The notes beneath the pieces were generated by a model, which was not told the DNA's origin, did no database searches, and saw only the letters and a program-made list of their open reading frames with translations. A program made the translations under genes and the position numbers. DNA of 63,413 nucleotides, from contig JAIPJR010000002.1 in assembly GCA_021734045.1 (NCBI GenBank), positions 1 through 63,413 of the forward strand, written 5' to 3'. Source of the DNA: Fidelibacterota bacterium (GTDB lineage Bacteria > Fidelibacterota > UBA8477). Below, piece after piece: positions 1-10,307 of the stretch (positions within the stretch are counted from its first letter, which is position 1; the number at the start of each line of letters is the position of its first letter).

Positions 1-45
1 CAGGGTTTTACCCGGTTTTATCCTTTCAACCCACCCCATTTTAAT

Positions 46-69
46 AAAAAAGCGGCCATTCCTGACCGC
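46..69 (-). terminator. Putative rho-independent terminator downstream of the tRNA-Met gene
   Basis: On the minus strand, a GCGGTC-aggaat-GGCCGC hairpin (6 bp including one G-U pair) is followed by TTTTTT. It lies about 25 nt past the tRNA 3' end. Confidence 0.4.
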
Positions 70-92
70 CTAACTCTTTGTTTCTATTTAAG

Positions 93-166
93 TAGCAGAG
101 GGCGGACTCGAACCGCCGACACCCGGCTTATGAAGCCGGTGCTCTAACCGACTGAGCTACTCTGCC
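93..166 (-). tRNA. tRNA with CAU anticodon (elongator tRNA-Met, or tRNA-Ile2 if lysidine-modified)
   Basis: The reverse complement folds as a cloverleaf: acceptor GGCAGAG/CTCTGCT, D arm GCTC-AGTCGGTTA-GAGC, anticodon arm CCGGC-TTCATAA-GCCGG, T arm GGCGG-TTCGAGT-CCGCC. No CCA is encoded. The anticodon stem lacks the three G-C pairs typical of initiator tRNA. Confidence 0.9.
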
Positions 167-221
167 CTTTTAAAAAAAGCGCGGAAAGATATCAGGCTCC
201 GCCCCATTGGGCAAGCCAAAA

Positions 222-719
222 CTACCCCTCACCACCATTCGCTACCCGCGCCAACGAATCTCCCGTCAAACGATACACCGTCCACTCATCCTGCGCTTTC
301 GCGCTTAACTTTTCATAAAAGCCAATTGCCGGTTTATTCCAGTTCAACACCGACCATTCCAGCCGGCCACAATTGCGCTCTACCGCCAGTCTCGCCAGAT
401 AGGTGAGCAGCGCCTTCCCATACCCGCTTCCCCGCTTTTCCGGATAGACAAACAGATCTTCCAGATAAATCCCCGGTTGTGCCAGAAAGGTTGAATAATT
501 ATGAAAAAACAGGGCAAATCCCACCGGCTGGCTATCTTCGAATCCCAGGATGACCTCCGCATACTGCTGCTCGCCGAAAAGCGTTCTCCGCAAACGCTCC
601 TCGGTAGCAACGACCTGGTCCGACATGCGCTCATAAGCTGCCAGGGCCGTGATGAATTCAAGGATGACCGGGATATCGTCCTCGGATGCAAAGCGGATGT
701 AGAAACTTTCATTCGACAT
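222..719 (-). CDS. GNAT family N-acetyltransferase (diamine/spermidine acetyltransferase-like)
   Basis: 165-aa ORF. It carries the acetyl-CoA-binding motif region VYPEKRGSGYGKALL and has the typical GNAT length and layout. Confidence 0.85.
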   Translation of the reverse strand: MSNESFYIRFASEDDIPVILEFITALAAYERMSDQVVATEERLRRTLFGEQQYAEVILGFEDSQPVGFALFFHNYSTFLAQPGIYLEDLFVYPEKRGSGYGKALLTYLARLAVERNCGRLEWSVLNWNKPAIGFYEKLSAKAQDEWTVYRLTGDSLARVANGGEG

Positions 720-786
720 GATGAGAATCCTCTTTTTTTAGAAAAGTAACCTGCGCGAACAAAACAGTATCCGGCACAAGCACAAT

Positions 787-818
787 AAAAAAACGGCCCG
801 AATTGTCATCGGACCGTC
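787..818 (-). terminator. Putative rho-independent terminator after the 847..1287 gene
   Basis: On the minus strand, an ACGGTCCGA-tgacaat-TCGGGCCGT hairpin (one mismatch) is followed by TTTTTTT. Confidence 0.5.
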
Positions 819-846
819 TTTCATTAAAAATCGTTACCAACAGTGA

Positions 847-1287
847 TTAACTGATGGAATCACTCTTCTGAGATTCGTAGGATTTTTCCAGAACCGGCTT
901 GGCGAAACCGTCTTCAATCAAGTCCAGTTCATTCAGAATCGTCTCCCGGGCATTGGCAACCAGGTTAGCCTGCTGGCGCGCCAGAATAATCAGTGCAATG
1001 CCAATCCCCACAGCAAAGGAGACAATGACGATGGACAACAGTGCCGGGGAAATCCCGAAGCCGGTGTTCACAATCGCCTGGTATCCCAGAACAAACAGAA
1101 CCAGCCCCACAATCATCCCAAAAACCAAAGACGCCATGACCTGAAAACCATAGTTTTTCAGAGAAATATGTTGGAGCATCCCACCAATTTTTTTCAAGTC
1201 CCGCTCGGGGATCGGATATACCTTCTGTTCCTTGGGTGTGAACAGCGTAAACCGTTGTGTTAAATTGAAATCGCTCACTGCCATCAC
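847..1287 (-). CDS. Hypothetical membrane protein (two predicted TM helices)
   Basis: 146-aa ORF with two long hydrophobic stretches (FQVMASLVFGMIVGLVLFVLGY and LLSIVIVSFAVGIGIALIIL). No family recognised. Confidence 0.6.
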   Translation of the reverse strand: MMAVSDFNLTQRFTLFTPKEQKVYPIPERDLKKIGGMLQHISLKNYGFQVMASLVFGMIVGLVLFVLGYQAIVNTGFGISPALLSIVIVSFAVGIGIALIILARQQANLVANARETILNELDLIEDGFAKPVLEKSYESQKSDSIS

Positions 1288-1398
1288 GGCCTCCTCATAC
1301 CTGTTTCAAAGTTGTCGTAATATGGACAATGTTGTTATTGGTCACAAATATTTTATTGATTCAGTACCATTTACATGAAAATAATCTCCGTGGCCGAT

Positions 1399-2406
1399 TC
1401 AGATTGAATGCCGTTCCTCCACCGGATCCCGCTCCATGAGTTCCATGACCGACTGGCGCGGGTCTTTATCCTCAAATAACACCTGGTACACTTGCTGACT
1501 AATGGGCATTTCCACACCGGTTTTCAGCATCAACTGATGGACCGATTTAGCTGTGCGCAAACCTTCAGCCACCATCTTCATTTCATTGAGAATATCATTC
1601 AATTTTCTGCCACGTCCCAACTCATACCCCACATGGCGATTTCGGCTGTGTTGGCTGAGACAGGTGACGATCAGGTCACCAATCCCGCTGAGTCCGGCAA
1701 AGGTGGATTCCATAGCACCGAGTTTCACGCCCAGACGGGTCATTTCGAATGAGCCTCTGGTTATCAGAGCCGCCAGCGTATTATCGCCGGCACCCATTCC
1801 TGCCAGAATGCCTGCCGCGATGGCAAAGACATTTTTCAGTGAACCACCATACTCCACCCCCAGAATATCGGTGTTTGTATAAACCCGTAGCGTTTTGCAC
1901 ATGAAATAATCCTGCACCCTCCGGGCATTCTCCTCATCGGGACAAGCCGCTACAATCGTGGACGCCATGCCCTTGCTCACCTCTTCGGCATGGGTTGGAC
2001 CATACAAGGACGCCACCCGCTCGGGTACAATCCCCGGTACCGCATCACAAATTACCTGACTCATGGTGAACAGGGTGTCATTCTCAATACCCTTGGCCAC
2101 ATTCACGATAAGCGCCTGAGGTGAAACCATCTCCCGGATTGCTGCAGTTGTTGTCCGAACAGCATGAGATGGCGTGGCGACCACAATCAGGTCAGCTTCT
2201 CTCACCGCTTCAGATAATTCTGGTGTAAGACGCAGGGACTTCGGAATGGTAATCCCCGGCAGGAAATCGGGTAACTCCCGGGTTTCCTCTGCCTGTTGAT
2301 ATAAGGTGGCATCCCAGAACCAGACCCAAACCGAGTGACCATTCTGCTCCAGAAGCATCGCCAAGGTCATTCCCCAGCTTCCCGAACCCAATACAGCGAC
2401 TTTCAT
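1399..2406 (-). CDS. gpsA: NAD(P)H-dependent glycerol-3-phosphate dehydrogenase
   Basis: 335 aa. N-terminal Rossmann motif MKVAVLGSGSWG and GpsA-typical blocks (NVAKGIE, LKNVFAIAAGI, SRNRHVGYELG). Confidence 0.95.
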   Translation of the reverse strand: MKVAVLGSGSWGMTLAMLLEQNGHSVWVWFWDATLYQQAEETRELPDFLPGITIPKSLRLTPELSEAVREADLIVVATPSHAVRTTTAAIREMVSPQALIVNVAKGIENDTLFTMSQVICDAVPGIVPERVASLYGPTHAEEVSKGMASTIVAACPDEENARRVQDYFMCKTLRVYTNTDILGVEYGGSLKNVFAIAAGILAGMGAGDNTLAALITRGSFEMTRLGVKLGAMESTFAGLSGIGDLIVTCLSQHSRNRHVGYELGRGRKLNDILNEMKMVAEGLRTAKSVHQLMLKTGVEMPISQQVYQVLFEDKDPRQSVMELMERDPVEERHSI

Positions 2407-2462
2407 GATGCTCCCGTCCTGATTACTCTCATCAGCCTATCCATATTTTCGCCTGGATGAAA

Positions 2463-2491
2463 CAGGCACCGGAAGATAATCCCGGTGCCTG
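2463..2491 (-). terminator. Stem-loop downstream of the acyl-CoA ligase gene (possible terminator)
   Basis: Perfect 10-bp stem CAGGCACCGG/CCGGTGCCTG with an 8-nt loop. On the minus strand it is followed only by a weak T-rich tract (TTTCAT). Confidence 0.4.
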
Positions 2492-2539
2492 GGGGTTGAA
2501 AGATCTGGAATCTGGTAATGAATGCATTACCGTCAGTCA

Positions 2540-4336
2540 TTACTCCTCATACAATTTATCGATGAGATCCTTGTAACGCTCTTCCACTACCTTCCGCTTG
2601 ATTTTCAGACTGGGTGTAAGGGAGCCGTCCTCAATGGTGAACTCTTTGGAGAGCAGGGTGAATTTCTTCACAATCTCGAAGCGTGCAAAATTGTGCATCG
2701 CCTTGTCCACCTCGGTCTGAAATAATTCCTGCACCTTAGGATCGGCCAGCAAGACACTACGATCCGAACTGGGAATGCTGTGATTGGCAGCCCATTCATT
2801 CAGCGCCTGGAATGCGGGGACAATGAGTGCGGATACGAATCGGCGTTTGTCCCCAATCACCACCACTTGTTCGATGAATGGACTGAGCACCAGCGCATTT
2901 TCCAGCCCGGCAGGAGCGATATTCTTTCCACCAGCGGTAACAATCAGATTCTTCTTCCGGTCGGTGATTTTTAGATATCCATCTTCCATTATGCCAATGT
3001 CACCGGTATAAAACCACCCCTCTTCATTGATGGCTTCCCGGGTGGCGGCTTCATCCCGGTAGTACCCTTTCATCACATTGGGTCCGCGGGTAAGAATTTC
3101 ACCATCCTCAGCGATTTTAACTTCAACACCCGGGATCGGAGGTCCCACCGTACCAAAACGGTAATCTTCCAACGGATTCACCGTAATCACCGGTGAGGTT
3201 TCCGTCAGGCCATAACCTTCCAGGATTTTAATGCCTACCGCATCAAAAAAGGAGCCGATGTCAGCCGCCAGGGGCGCGCCACCGGAGACAAAAAAGCGGA
3301 ACCGGGTCCCCAGCAATTCCTTCACCTTGCTGAAGACCAACTTGTCGGCCAGTCCGTTTTTCATATTCAACCAGCCACCCACAGAGCCATTTTTGCGCTT
3401 TACTGCATGGCGTTTTCCCGTCTCAATCGCCCAATGGGCAATTTTCTGCTTCAGGGGTGAACCGGCAGCAAATTTCGCCTGAACGCCGGCATACATCTTC
3501 TCATAAAGCCGGGGAACCGACGCCATAACCGATGGATTTACCGCCTTCATATCAGCCAAAACCGTCTCCGTGGATTGGGCATAGCCGATTGTAGCACCCA
3601 CCGAGGTGGCTAACAGATGTCCCGCCATGCGTTCAAAACTGTGGCTTAACGGCAAAAAGGAGAGGAAGGTGTCATTATCGTCCACATGTAGTACCTGCAG
3701 CGAGGCATTGATATCACTCACCAGATTGTGGTGCGTCAGCATCACACCCTTGGGAGGACCGGTGGTACCCGATGTGTAGATAAGTGTCAGCAGGTCATCC
3801 GGCTTCACCAATTTGACCCGCTCTTCAAACTTGAATGCCTGATCGCTGCTGGCAAAGGCTTTCCCCTTTTCCCGCAGATCAGAGAAAGAAATCACATAGT
3901 CCAGGTCAAAGTTTTCGCTGTCGTCATAGCAAATCACAACCTTGAGTTGCGGGCATTGATCCTTAATCTGAATGAGCTTTTCCACCTGCTCCCTATCTTG
4001 GGCAAAAATCGCCTTGGATTCAGAATGCTCAGCGATGTACTGAATCTGTGAAGGAATTAAGGTGGGATAAATCGTAACTGAGGCAGCGCCGGAGCAGGCA
4101 ATAGCATAGTCAGAATATGCCCAGTGCGGGCAGTTTGCCGACAGAATCCCCACTTTATCATTGGGCTGAATGCCTAATGAAGCCAGACCGTAGGTCGCCT
4201 CTTCCACGATTTCACGGGCTTCCTTACCCGTGTACTCGCGCCAGGAATCTCCCTCTGTAGCCGTGAACAGAACCTTGTCGGAAAACTTCGTCGTGATGTC
4301 CAGAAACATTTGAGCAATGGTGGTAGCGTCCATCAT
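2540..4336 (-). CDS. Long-chain fatty acid-CoA ligase (AMP-dependent synthetase/ligase family)
   Basis: 598 aa. AMP-binding signature IYTSGTTGPPKGVMLTH, plus the later GYGLTE and TGDIG...GYLKITDRKK blocks typical of FadD/FAA1-type ligases. Confidence 0.9.
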   Translation of the reverse strand: MMDATTIAQMFLDITTKFSDKVLFTATEGDSWREYTGKEAREIVEEATYGLASLGIQPNDKVGILSANCPHWAYSDYAIACSGAASVTIYPTLIPSQIQYIAEHSESKAIFAQDREQVEKLIQIKDQCPQLKVVICYDDSENFDLDYVISFSDLREKGKAFASSDQAFKFEERVKLVKPDDLLTLIYTSGTTGPPKGVMLTHHNLVSDINASLQVLHVDDNDTFLSFLPLSHSFERMAGHLLATSVGATIGYAQSTETVLADMKAVNPSVMASVPRLYEKMYAGVQAKFAAGSPLKQKIAHWAIETGKRHAVKRKNGSVGGWLNMKNGLADKLVFSKVKELLGTRFRFFVSGGAPLAADIGSFFDAVGIKILEGYGLTETSPVITVNPLEDYRFGTVGPPIPGVEVKIAEDGEILTRGPNVMKGYYRDEAATREAINEEGWFYTGDIGIMEDGYLKITDRKKNLIVTAGGKNIAPAGLENALVLSPFIEQVVVIGDKRRFVSALIVPAFQALNEWAANHSIPSSDRSVLLADPKVQELFQTEVDKAMHNFARFEIVKKFTLLSKEFTIEDGSLTPSLKIKRKVVEERYKDLIDKLYEE

Positions 4337-4408
4337 TTCCTCCCCATAGTTGTCATCGTTGTTGAGTGATAATATTAATCATTACCGGTTCAAGAAAGAA
4401 GCTATTTG

Positions 4409-4437
4409 TTGACTGCACGTGAGTGACGAAATATATT
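4409..4437 (+). promoter_or_regulatory. Sigma70-type promoter for tRNA-Leu
   Basis: TTGACT (4409-4414), a 17-nt spacer, then TATATT (4432-4437). It ends about 20 nt upstream of the tRNA 5' end. Confidence 0.55.
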
Positions 4438-4457
4438 TGTCCGCTTTTTTAAATGGA

Positions 4458-4542
4458 GCCAGAGTGGCGGAATTGGTAGACGCAGCGGACTCAAAATCCG
4501 CCGGTCCTCGCGACCTTGAGAGTTCGAGTCTCTCCTCTGGTA
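4458..4542 (+). tRNA. tRNA-Leu (CAA anticodon), class II with long variable arm
   Basis: GCCAGAG-TG-GCGGAATTGGTAGACGC closely matches the bacterial tRNA-Leu 5' half. Anticodon arm GCGGA-CTCAAAA-TCCGC, long variable arm, T arm GAGAG-TTCGAGT-CTCTC, acceptor 3' strand CTCTGGT plus discriminator A. No CCA is encoded. Confidence 0.9.
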
Positions 4543-4579
4543 CAAACTTGAATAAACCCCGCGAAAGCGTGTATCTTTT

Positions 4580-4921
4580 TTGGCCAACGATCAGAGCAAA
4601 ATTAAGACAGTCATCCTAGATGAATATCAGGAAGCCCGGGCTGTAGCTCTGGAGGCCATGCTCTTTCTGCATAGTTCCGGTGTCTGGGATTACGAATATC
4701 TCATGACCGGCCTGAATAATTTCACGGACCATTTCCGCGAATTTCTGACTGTCATTACCGAACCGGGTGACCGTACCACCCTGGAATTGGTCAAATACTA
4801 CTTCAAAACCAACCCGGGTGAGATTGAAAAATACACCGAATCCAGCGAGGCATTTTTGGATTTGTTCGTGAGAATGCGCGAAAAAACGCAACTGCAGGAA
4901 CGACCGAAGCCCAAAAAATAG
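4580..4921 (+). CDS. Hypothetical protein (start uncertain: TTG at 4580)
   Basis: 113-aa ORF with a helical, charged composition. It competes with an antisense ORF of similar length (4616..4951), whose composition looks less protein-like. No family recognised. Confidence 0.4.
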   Translation: MANDQSKIKTVILDEYQEARAVALEAMLFLHSSGVWDYEYLMTGLNNFTDHFREFLTVITEPGDRTTLELVKYYFKTNPGEIEKYTESSEAFLDLFVRMREKTQLQERPKPKK

Positions 4922-4932
4922 CAGCATTATTT

Positions 4933-7296
4933 TCACGGCTGCACCAACCAAATCTTTTCCCCGTCCGATTGAAAAATTACCGCCTGATGAATATCAGTGC
5001 GTAGCACAGTCGCAGGTAATTGTTCATAACGAGCCACCGTCACAGAGGCCGGGTGCCGAAATTTATTCCCCCGACCCACTGAAATCACCGCCCAGTCCGA
5101 CTGAACCCAATTGACAAAATCGGATGTTGAACTGGTCCGGCTGCCATGATGCGGAACCTTGATGATATCCGCCCGAAGCAAGTCCTTATAACGTGTTTGC
5201 CGATACTCGGAACCGTGTTCCGCATCGCCGGTGAAGATGACCCGCAACTCACCAAACAGAAGCTGAAAGGTGATCGAGGCATCATTGGTGACGGATGGCG
5301 GATTGGTAATCACTGTGGAGTCCGGTGCCAGAACCCGTAGATAAACCGGCGCAAAACTGCTGTCAATGTCACCAGCCAGCGGATAGATCACAGGAATCTC
5401 CAGTGAATCAATCAAATGTTGGATTTCATGATAGGTAAAACTGTCGTAATCATATGCCGCCTGCCAAACCTGCTTCACCGGGAAGTGACGCAATAGCCAC
5501 GGTGCACCACCTACATGATCATTGTGCGGATGAGACAAAATCATGAGATCAATAGTATCCTCACCCAGATAATTCAGGTAAGGTCCCAACACATCCGCCC
5601 CCATATCCTTCCCACCAAAGCGTAAACCGCAGTCTATCACCATAACCTCACTCCCGGGTGTCTGAACCACGACGCCATCCCCCTGACCTACATTTAAGAA
5701 CGCCATTGTCAGGGGCTGGGGTGCTTGAAATACCGGTCGCCAGACGAGAAAATTTGCCAAAACCAATCCGGTGGAAATCAGGGCCATTCCTTTGCGTCGC
5801 CAATTCGAGAATAGTACTAGACTGCTGAGAATGAAAAGTAGTAACCAGCCAAAATGTATCGGCTGTATATCCACATAGGCTAGCGGCAAGGATTGTAAAA
5901 ATTCCACAAACTTAACCAGAATTTCCAGCAGTAGGGTTAATAAGGCAGCCCACCAACCGCCAATCAACGGAATCCAGCTTCCCAGCAGCAGTAGTGCAAA
6001 GCCCAATGCCACGATGACACCGATCAGGGGAATGACCACCAGGTTAGCCATTAATCCTACGATGGGAATTTTATGAAAATAGGCAATGGTAAAGGGCAAT
6101 GTGCCGATTTGGGCAGCCAGGGAAACCAGGAACAAATCTACGGTATAAGTAAGCCAGGTGTGGGCGCCCAAGACTTTTTGCCACGGATCGGGCAGTAACG
6201 CTTTCAAGCGCGGATAAAAGTAGGCGATGGAGAAGACCGCCGCGAAGGAGAGTTGAAATCCCACTCGCCAGAGCTGGTTTGGCGTAATGAGGAGCATACC
6301 TACTGCGGCCGCACCCAACAGATTGTACAAATCAACTTTCCGCTCAAGCGTTGTTCCCCACAGGTAAAGACCCGCCATGGTACTGGCGCGTAAAACCGAC
6401 GGGGCGCCACCGGTGAGCAGGCTGTAAATGCCAAGACCGAGGATCGTTCCCAACACCTGCATGCGGTATGGCAATCGAAAAAATCCCAAAATCACAAACA
6501 GAATGAGTGTCACGTACCCCACATGTAATCCACTCACTGCCAGCACATGAATTACACCCGTATTGGAAAACCATTGAATGATTTCTTCATCCACCTCATT
6601 CCGCAATCCCAGAATCAGCGCACTCAGGAGATATCCGGGTTGGCCAGGCACGCGCTCCCGGAGAAATCCAGCGATGCCTGTACGGTATCTTTGAATTATC
6701 TGTTGAAATGAACGACTCGAATCTGGTCGGATCTGCCAGATGTGATCCCGAGGTGGATAGAGCAGCCAGAATACCTGCTTCTGCTCCAGATAAGCACGAA
6801 AATCAAAGTCCATCGGGTTAGCCCGGGGTAGCGGCTTACGGAAAACACCCCTTCCGCTGAGCGTATCCCCCGGTTCAACCGGTAATGGCTCCTTCAGATA
6901 GGACCAGACCGAACCGGTCACGGTCAGCGTATCTTGCAATGCAAACACATCAACATTCAGGCGCTGCTTGCCGGTGGACGACTCCCCCACCGCAGACACT
7001 ACGCCGGTAAATTGATAGGTTGAATCAGGCTGAAATGCTGCAAACCGGATATCATTACGGTGTGGTGTTTCCACAAGTGCTAAGCGTAGCATCCCGCTGG
7101 TAATTAGGAGCAGCGCAATCACCACCAGAAACGATCGACGCATCAACAGGAGGATTAGAGCGGCCTGGCCGGCAATTAACCACAGAAGATTCAAATTCAG
7201 GTGGGACTGTAGGAGCAATCCGCCCATAAAACAAACGGCAATAAAAAACAACGGACGTTGCACCACCAGTGTATGTAGGGCTAAACGAATTAACAT
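4933..7296 (-). CDS. comEC: DNA internalization-related competence protein ComEC/Rec2 (polytopic membrane domain plus metallo-beta-lactamase domain)
   Basis: 787 aa. Multiple TM helices, a competence-domain block (GVIHVLAVSGLHVG) and a C-terminal MBL motif LSHPHNDHVGG. Confidence 0.9.
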   Translation of the reverse strand: MLIRLALHTLVVQRPLFFIAVCFMGGLLLQSHLNLNLLWLIAGQAALILLLMRRSFLVVIALLLITSGMLRLALVETPHRNDIRFAAFQPDSTYQFTGVVSAVGESSTGKQRLNVDVFALQDTLTVTGSVWSYLKEPLPVEPGDTLSGRGVFRKPLPRANPMDFDFRAYLEQKQVFWLLYPPRDHIWQIRPDSSRSFQQIIQRYRTGIAGFLRERVPGQPGYLLSALILGLRNEVDEEIIQWFSNTGVIHVLAVSGLHVGYVTLILFVILGFFRLPYRMQVLGTILGLGIYSLLTGGAPSVLRASTMAGLYLWGTTLERKVDLYNLLGAAAVGMLLITPNQLWRVGFQLSFAAVFSIAYFYPRLKALLPDPWQKVLGAHTWLTYTVDLFLVSLAAQIGTLPFTIAYFHKIPIVGLMANLVVIPLIGVIVALGFALLLLGSWIPLIGGWWAALLTLLLEILVKFVEFLQSLPLAYVDIQPIHFGWLLLFILSSLVLFSNWRRKGMALISTGLVLANFLVWRPVFQAPQPLTMAFLNVGQGDGVVVQTPGSEVMVIDCGLRFGGKDMGADVLGPYLNYLGEDTIDLMILSHPHNDHVGGAPWLLRHFPVKQVWQAAYDYDSFTYHEIQHLIDSLEIPVIYPLAGDIDSSFAPVYLRVLAPDSTVITNPPSVTNDASITFQLLFGELRVIFTGDAEHGSEYRQTRYKDLLRADIIKVPHHGSRTSSTSDFVNWVQSDWAVISVGRGNKFRHPASVTVARYEQLPATVLRTDIHQAVIFQSDGEKIWLVQP

Positions 7297-7419
7297 CTCT
7301 TATCAACAGCTATACGAAACGCCGTGATAATAATGCGTCAGAGATTTGAATTCAAGCGTGAATCGGGAGTGATATTATCCTGGTTAAGGAATAACGCGGG
7401 TTGATGGGTGGGGAAAAAA

Positions 7420-10191
7420 TCAGTGGGCTTCCAGCCAATTGTCCCCTACACCCAGATCCACCTTCAACGGGACCTTCAACCGATAAGCATTTTCCATTTT
7501 ATCGGTCACCAGATCGCGTACTTCTTCCAGTTCGGCTTCGGGTAATTCGAAAACCAATTCATCATGCACCTGTAGTATCATCATGGTTTCCAGGCGGCGA
7601 TTCTGCAATTCCTTGTGAATTTCAATCATAGCCAGCTTGATAATGTCCGCAGCCGTCCCCTGAATGGGCATGTTAATGGCTACCCGTTCAGCACCTTCGC
7701 GGGTCATGCGATTGGCGGCGTCAATGTCCGGAACCGGCCGACGGCGCCCCAAAAGCGTCTGTACATATTTGTGCTCCCGGGCGAATTCCAGTGTGGCATC
7801 AATGTATCGGCGAATACCGGGGTAGGAATTGAAATATTGGTCAATTAATTCCAAAGCCTCATCGCGACTGATATCCAACTCATTAGACATTCTAAAGGGA
7901 CCCGCGCCATACATGATGCCAAAATTGACCACCTTGGCGCGGCGGCGCTGCTCACTGGTGACTTCGTCAGGTGGGACATTGAAGACTTTGGCGGCAGTGG
8001 TGCGATGCACATCCTCATCGTTTTTAAATGCGGCGATAAGGGTTTCATCTTCGGAATAATGCGCCATCAGGCGCAATTCTACCTGGCTGTAATCGGCAGA
8101 AGCGAGTTTCCAACCCGGGTTTTGCGGCCGGAATGCCCGGCGGATATCGCGTCCCATTTCAGTCCGAATGGGGATATTCTGAAAATTGGGATTGGTGGAA
8201 CTAAGGCGCCCTGTGGCAGCGATGGTCTGGTTAAAGGAGCTGTGAATGCGGCCGGTCTTGGGATGCACCAATTGTGGCAGCGCATCCGTGTATGTGGATT
8301 TCAGCTTAGCCACCTGGCGATAGTCCAGAATAAATTTGGGAATAGTATACTTCTTCGCCAGCGTTTCCAGGACATTCACATCAGTGGAATAGCCCGTCTT
8401 GGTTTTACGGACCGGCGGTATCTCCATTTTCTCAAATAAAATTTTTCCCAGCTGTTTAGGACTGTTGATGTTGAATTCCTCACCGGCTTCTGCGTAAATC
8501 TTCTTTTCCAGCTCAGCCAATTGATTTTTAAACTCATTGGATTGCTCATTCAAAATCTCCACATCGACGAAAGCGCCGTTCCACTCCATCAGACTCAGTA
8601 CATCGATGAGGGGCAACTCAATTCGCTCTAAAATGGGCATGAGTTTTTGCGCTTCCATTTTTTCCTGTAAATGGCGGGTCAGCTGCAGGGCGATATCCGC
8701 ATCTTCTGCGGCGTAAAATGTTATTTTTTCAACCGGAACAGTGTGCATGGGGTACACATCCGATTCTTCCTGCTTCACCTCTAAATCTTCGATTTTCATC
8801 GTCTGATAGCCCAGATACAACTGCGCCAAATCGTCCAGATTATACCCGCGTCCGCCCGGATTCACCAGATAGGCTGCCAGCATGGAATCGAAGTGAATGC
8901 CCTGCACGGCGATACCGTAGCCGCGCAGAACCGACAAGTCATACTTCAGATTCTGACCGGTTTTGCGAATATCCGGATTGTCCCAAAATGGCTTCAGAGC
9001 TGCCAGAATATCGTCAATATCACCGGGGCCAAAATCGTTCTTCCCGGCTTCCGGAAAATCCACCGCTACATACAATCCCTGGTCCACTTCCCAGGAGAAT
9101 GACAACCCCACAATCCTGGCGTCGTGCGGTTTCAGGCTGGTGGTTTCCAGATCAAACGCCACCAGATCCTGCCCCATTAAGTCCTCTACCAGGGATTTCA
9201 ACTCCGTCTGATTGCGGACCGTTGTATAATTTTTTTTCGCTGCTTCTCCGGTGTGTTCACTATTCACGCCCGGTAATTCGCTGAGTAGCTTGATAAAACT
9301 AAATAATTCCAGTTCCTGAAACCGATGGGTGAGGTTATCCACCTGGATGGGCTGACGGAGCATATCTTTCCATTGTAAATCCAGCTCCATATCGGTTTTA
9401 ATCGTGACTAAATCCTTGGAGAGGAAAGCCTGCTTTTTGTGCGCCAGCAATTTCTCCTTGAGTTTGGGATTCTTCACATCCTCTATATTTTCATAGAGTT
9501 TCTCAATACTGCGATGGGTTTGCAGTAGCTTTACCGCGGTCTTTGGTCCAACCCCCGGAACGCCCGGGACATTATCACTGCTATCCCCCATCAACCCCAG
9601 TAAATCAATAATATTTTCCGGTGGAACACCCCAGTTCTCCTGCACAAATTCAGGCGTCCAGATGCTGTTATCTTTTGGATTTTCAATGACGACCAGCTCA
9701 TTCACCAACTGAGCAAAATCTTTGTCACCGGTGAGAATTTTCACCTGCACACCATCTCGCGCAGCCTGTTTGGAAAGGGTACCGATGATGTCGTCCGCTT
9801 CGAACCCGGGTTTCCGCAAAACCGGTATGGCCAAACCATCTAAAATCTCATCAATAACCGGGAGTTGAGCAGACATTTCATCCGGCATTTTTTCACGGGT
9901 GGCTTTGTAATCCGGGTATTTTTCGTGGCGAAAGGTCTTCTCTTTGGTATCCATAACCACGGCGATATAGCGTGGCTTTTCGTCAATCAACAGGCGCAGA
10001 ACGCTATTGGTGAATCCGTAAACCGCGCTCACCAACTGACCTTTGGAATTAATTAATGGATTGCGGATAAAAGCGAAGTGAGCCCGGTAGGCCAGCGCTG
10101 ATCCGTCGATGAGGTAAAGCGTTTTGTCTGCATCGGTAGATGGTGGCGTTGGTTTGGATGATGACATGGATGCCTCGAATAGATCGGTCAT
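7420..10191 (-). CDS. polA: DNA polymerase I
   Basis: 5'-nuclease block LYLIDGSALAYRAHFAF, a 3'-5' exonuclease block (VAFDLETTSL), and polymerase motifs A (ADYSQVELRL), B (RRRAKVVNFGIMYG) and C (QVHDELVFE). The ORF extends to a TTG at 10239, but the ATG at 10191 (MTDLFE...) fits homologues better. Confidence 0.96.
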   Translation of the reverse strand: MTDLFEASMSSSKPTPPSTDADKTLYLIDGSALAYRAHFAFIRNPLINSKGQLVSAVYGFTNSVLRLLIDEKPRYIAVVMDTKEKTFRHEKYPDYKATREKMPDEMSAQLPVIDEILDGLAIPVLRKPGFEADDIIGTLSKQAARDGVQVKILTGDKDFAQLVNELVVIENPKDNSIWTPEFVQENWGVPPENIIDLLGLMGDSSDNVPGVPGVGPKTAVKLLQTHRSIEKLYENIEDVKNPKLKEKLLAHKKQAFLSKDLVTIKTDMELDLQWKDMLRQPIQVDNLTHRFQELELFSFIKLLSELPGVNSEHTGEAAKKNYTTVRNQTELKSLVEDLMGQDLVAFDLETTSLKPHDARIVGLSFSWEVDQGLYVAVDFPEAGKNDFGPGDIDDILAALKPFWDNPDIRKTGQNLKYDLSVLRGYGIAVQGIHFDSMLAAYLVNPGGRGYNLDDLAQLYLGYQTMKIEDLEVKQEESDVYPMHTVPVEKITFYAAEDADIALQLTRHLQEKMEAQKLMPILERIELPLIDVLSLMEWNGAFVDVEILNEQSNEFKNQLAELEKKIYAEAGEEFNINSPKQLGKILFEKMEIPPVRKTKTGYSTDVNVLETLAKKYTIPKFILDYRQVAKLKSTYTDALPQLVHPKTGRIHSSFNQTIAATGRLSSTNPNFQNIPIRTEMGRDIRRAFRPQNPGWKLASADYSQVELRLMAHYSEDETLIAAFKNDEDVHRTTAAKVFNVPPDEVTSEQRRRAKVVNFGIMYGAGPFRMSNELDISRDEALELIDQYFNSYPGIRRYIDATLEFAREHKYVQTLLGRRRPVPDIDAANRMTREGAERVAINMPIQGTAADIIKLAMIEIHKELQNRRLETMMILQVHDELVFELPEAELEEVRDLVTDKMENAYRLKVPLKVDLGVGDNWLEAH

Positions 10192-10307
10192 AATGGATTC
10201 CGTTTTTATTGAGCAGGTAAGATAGCTGCTCAAGCGCAATTATTGAAGTGCTGGATTCGTTTCGAAGCTGATTTGGCGAATCATGATCAGTGGCACCATT
10301 GTAGCGA

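Noticed and set aside
93-4542. Both tRNA genes have a G1-U72 wobble at the top of the acceptor stem and no encoded CCA
   Set aside because: Lack of an encoded CCA is common. The wobble pair is seen in only two genes and could be lineage-typical. I cannot evaluate it without the full tRNA set.
4616-4951. 111-aa minus-strand ORF overlapping the 4580..4921 plus-strand ORF
   Set aside because: Only one of the two can be real. The minus-strand product is hydrophobic/Gly-Phe-rich with no start context and would overlap the comEC 3' end. I preferred the plus-strand ORF, with low confidence.
8718-9284. 188-aa Pro/Arg/Ser-rich ORF antisense to polA
   Set aside because: It is a low-complexity shadow ORF inside a well-supported essential gene, with no start context.
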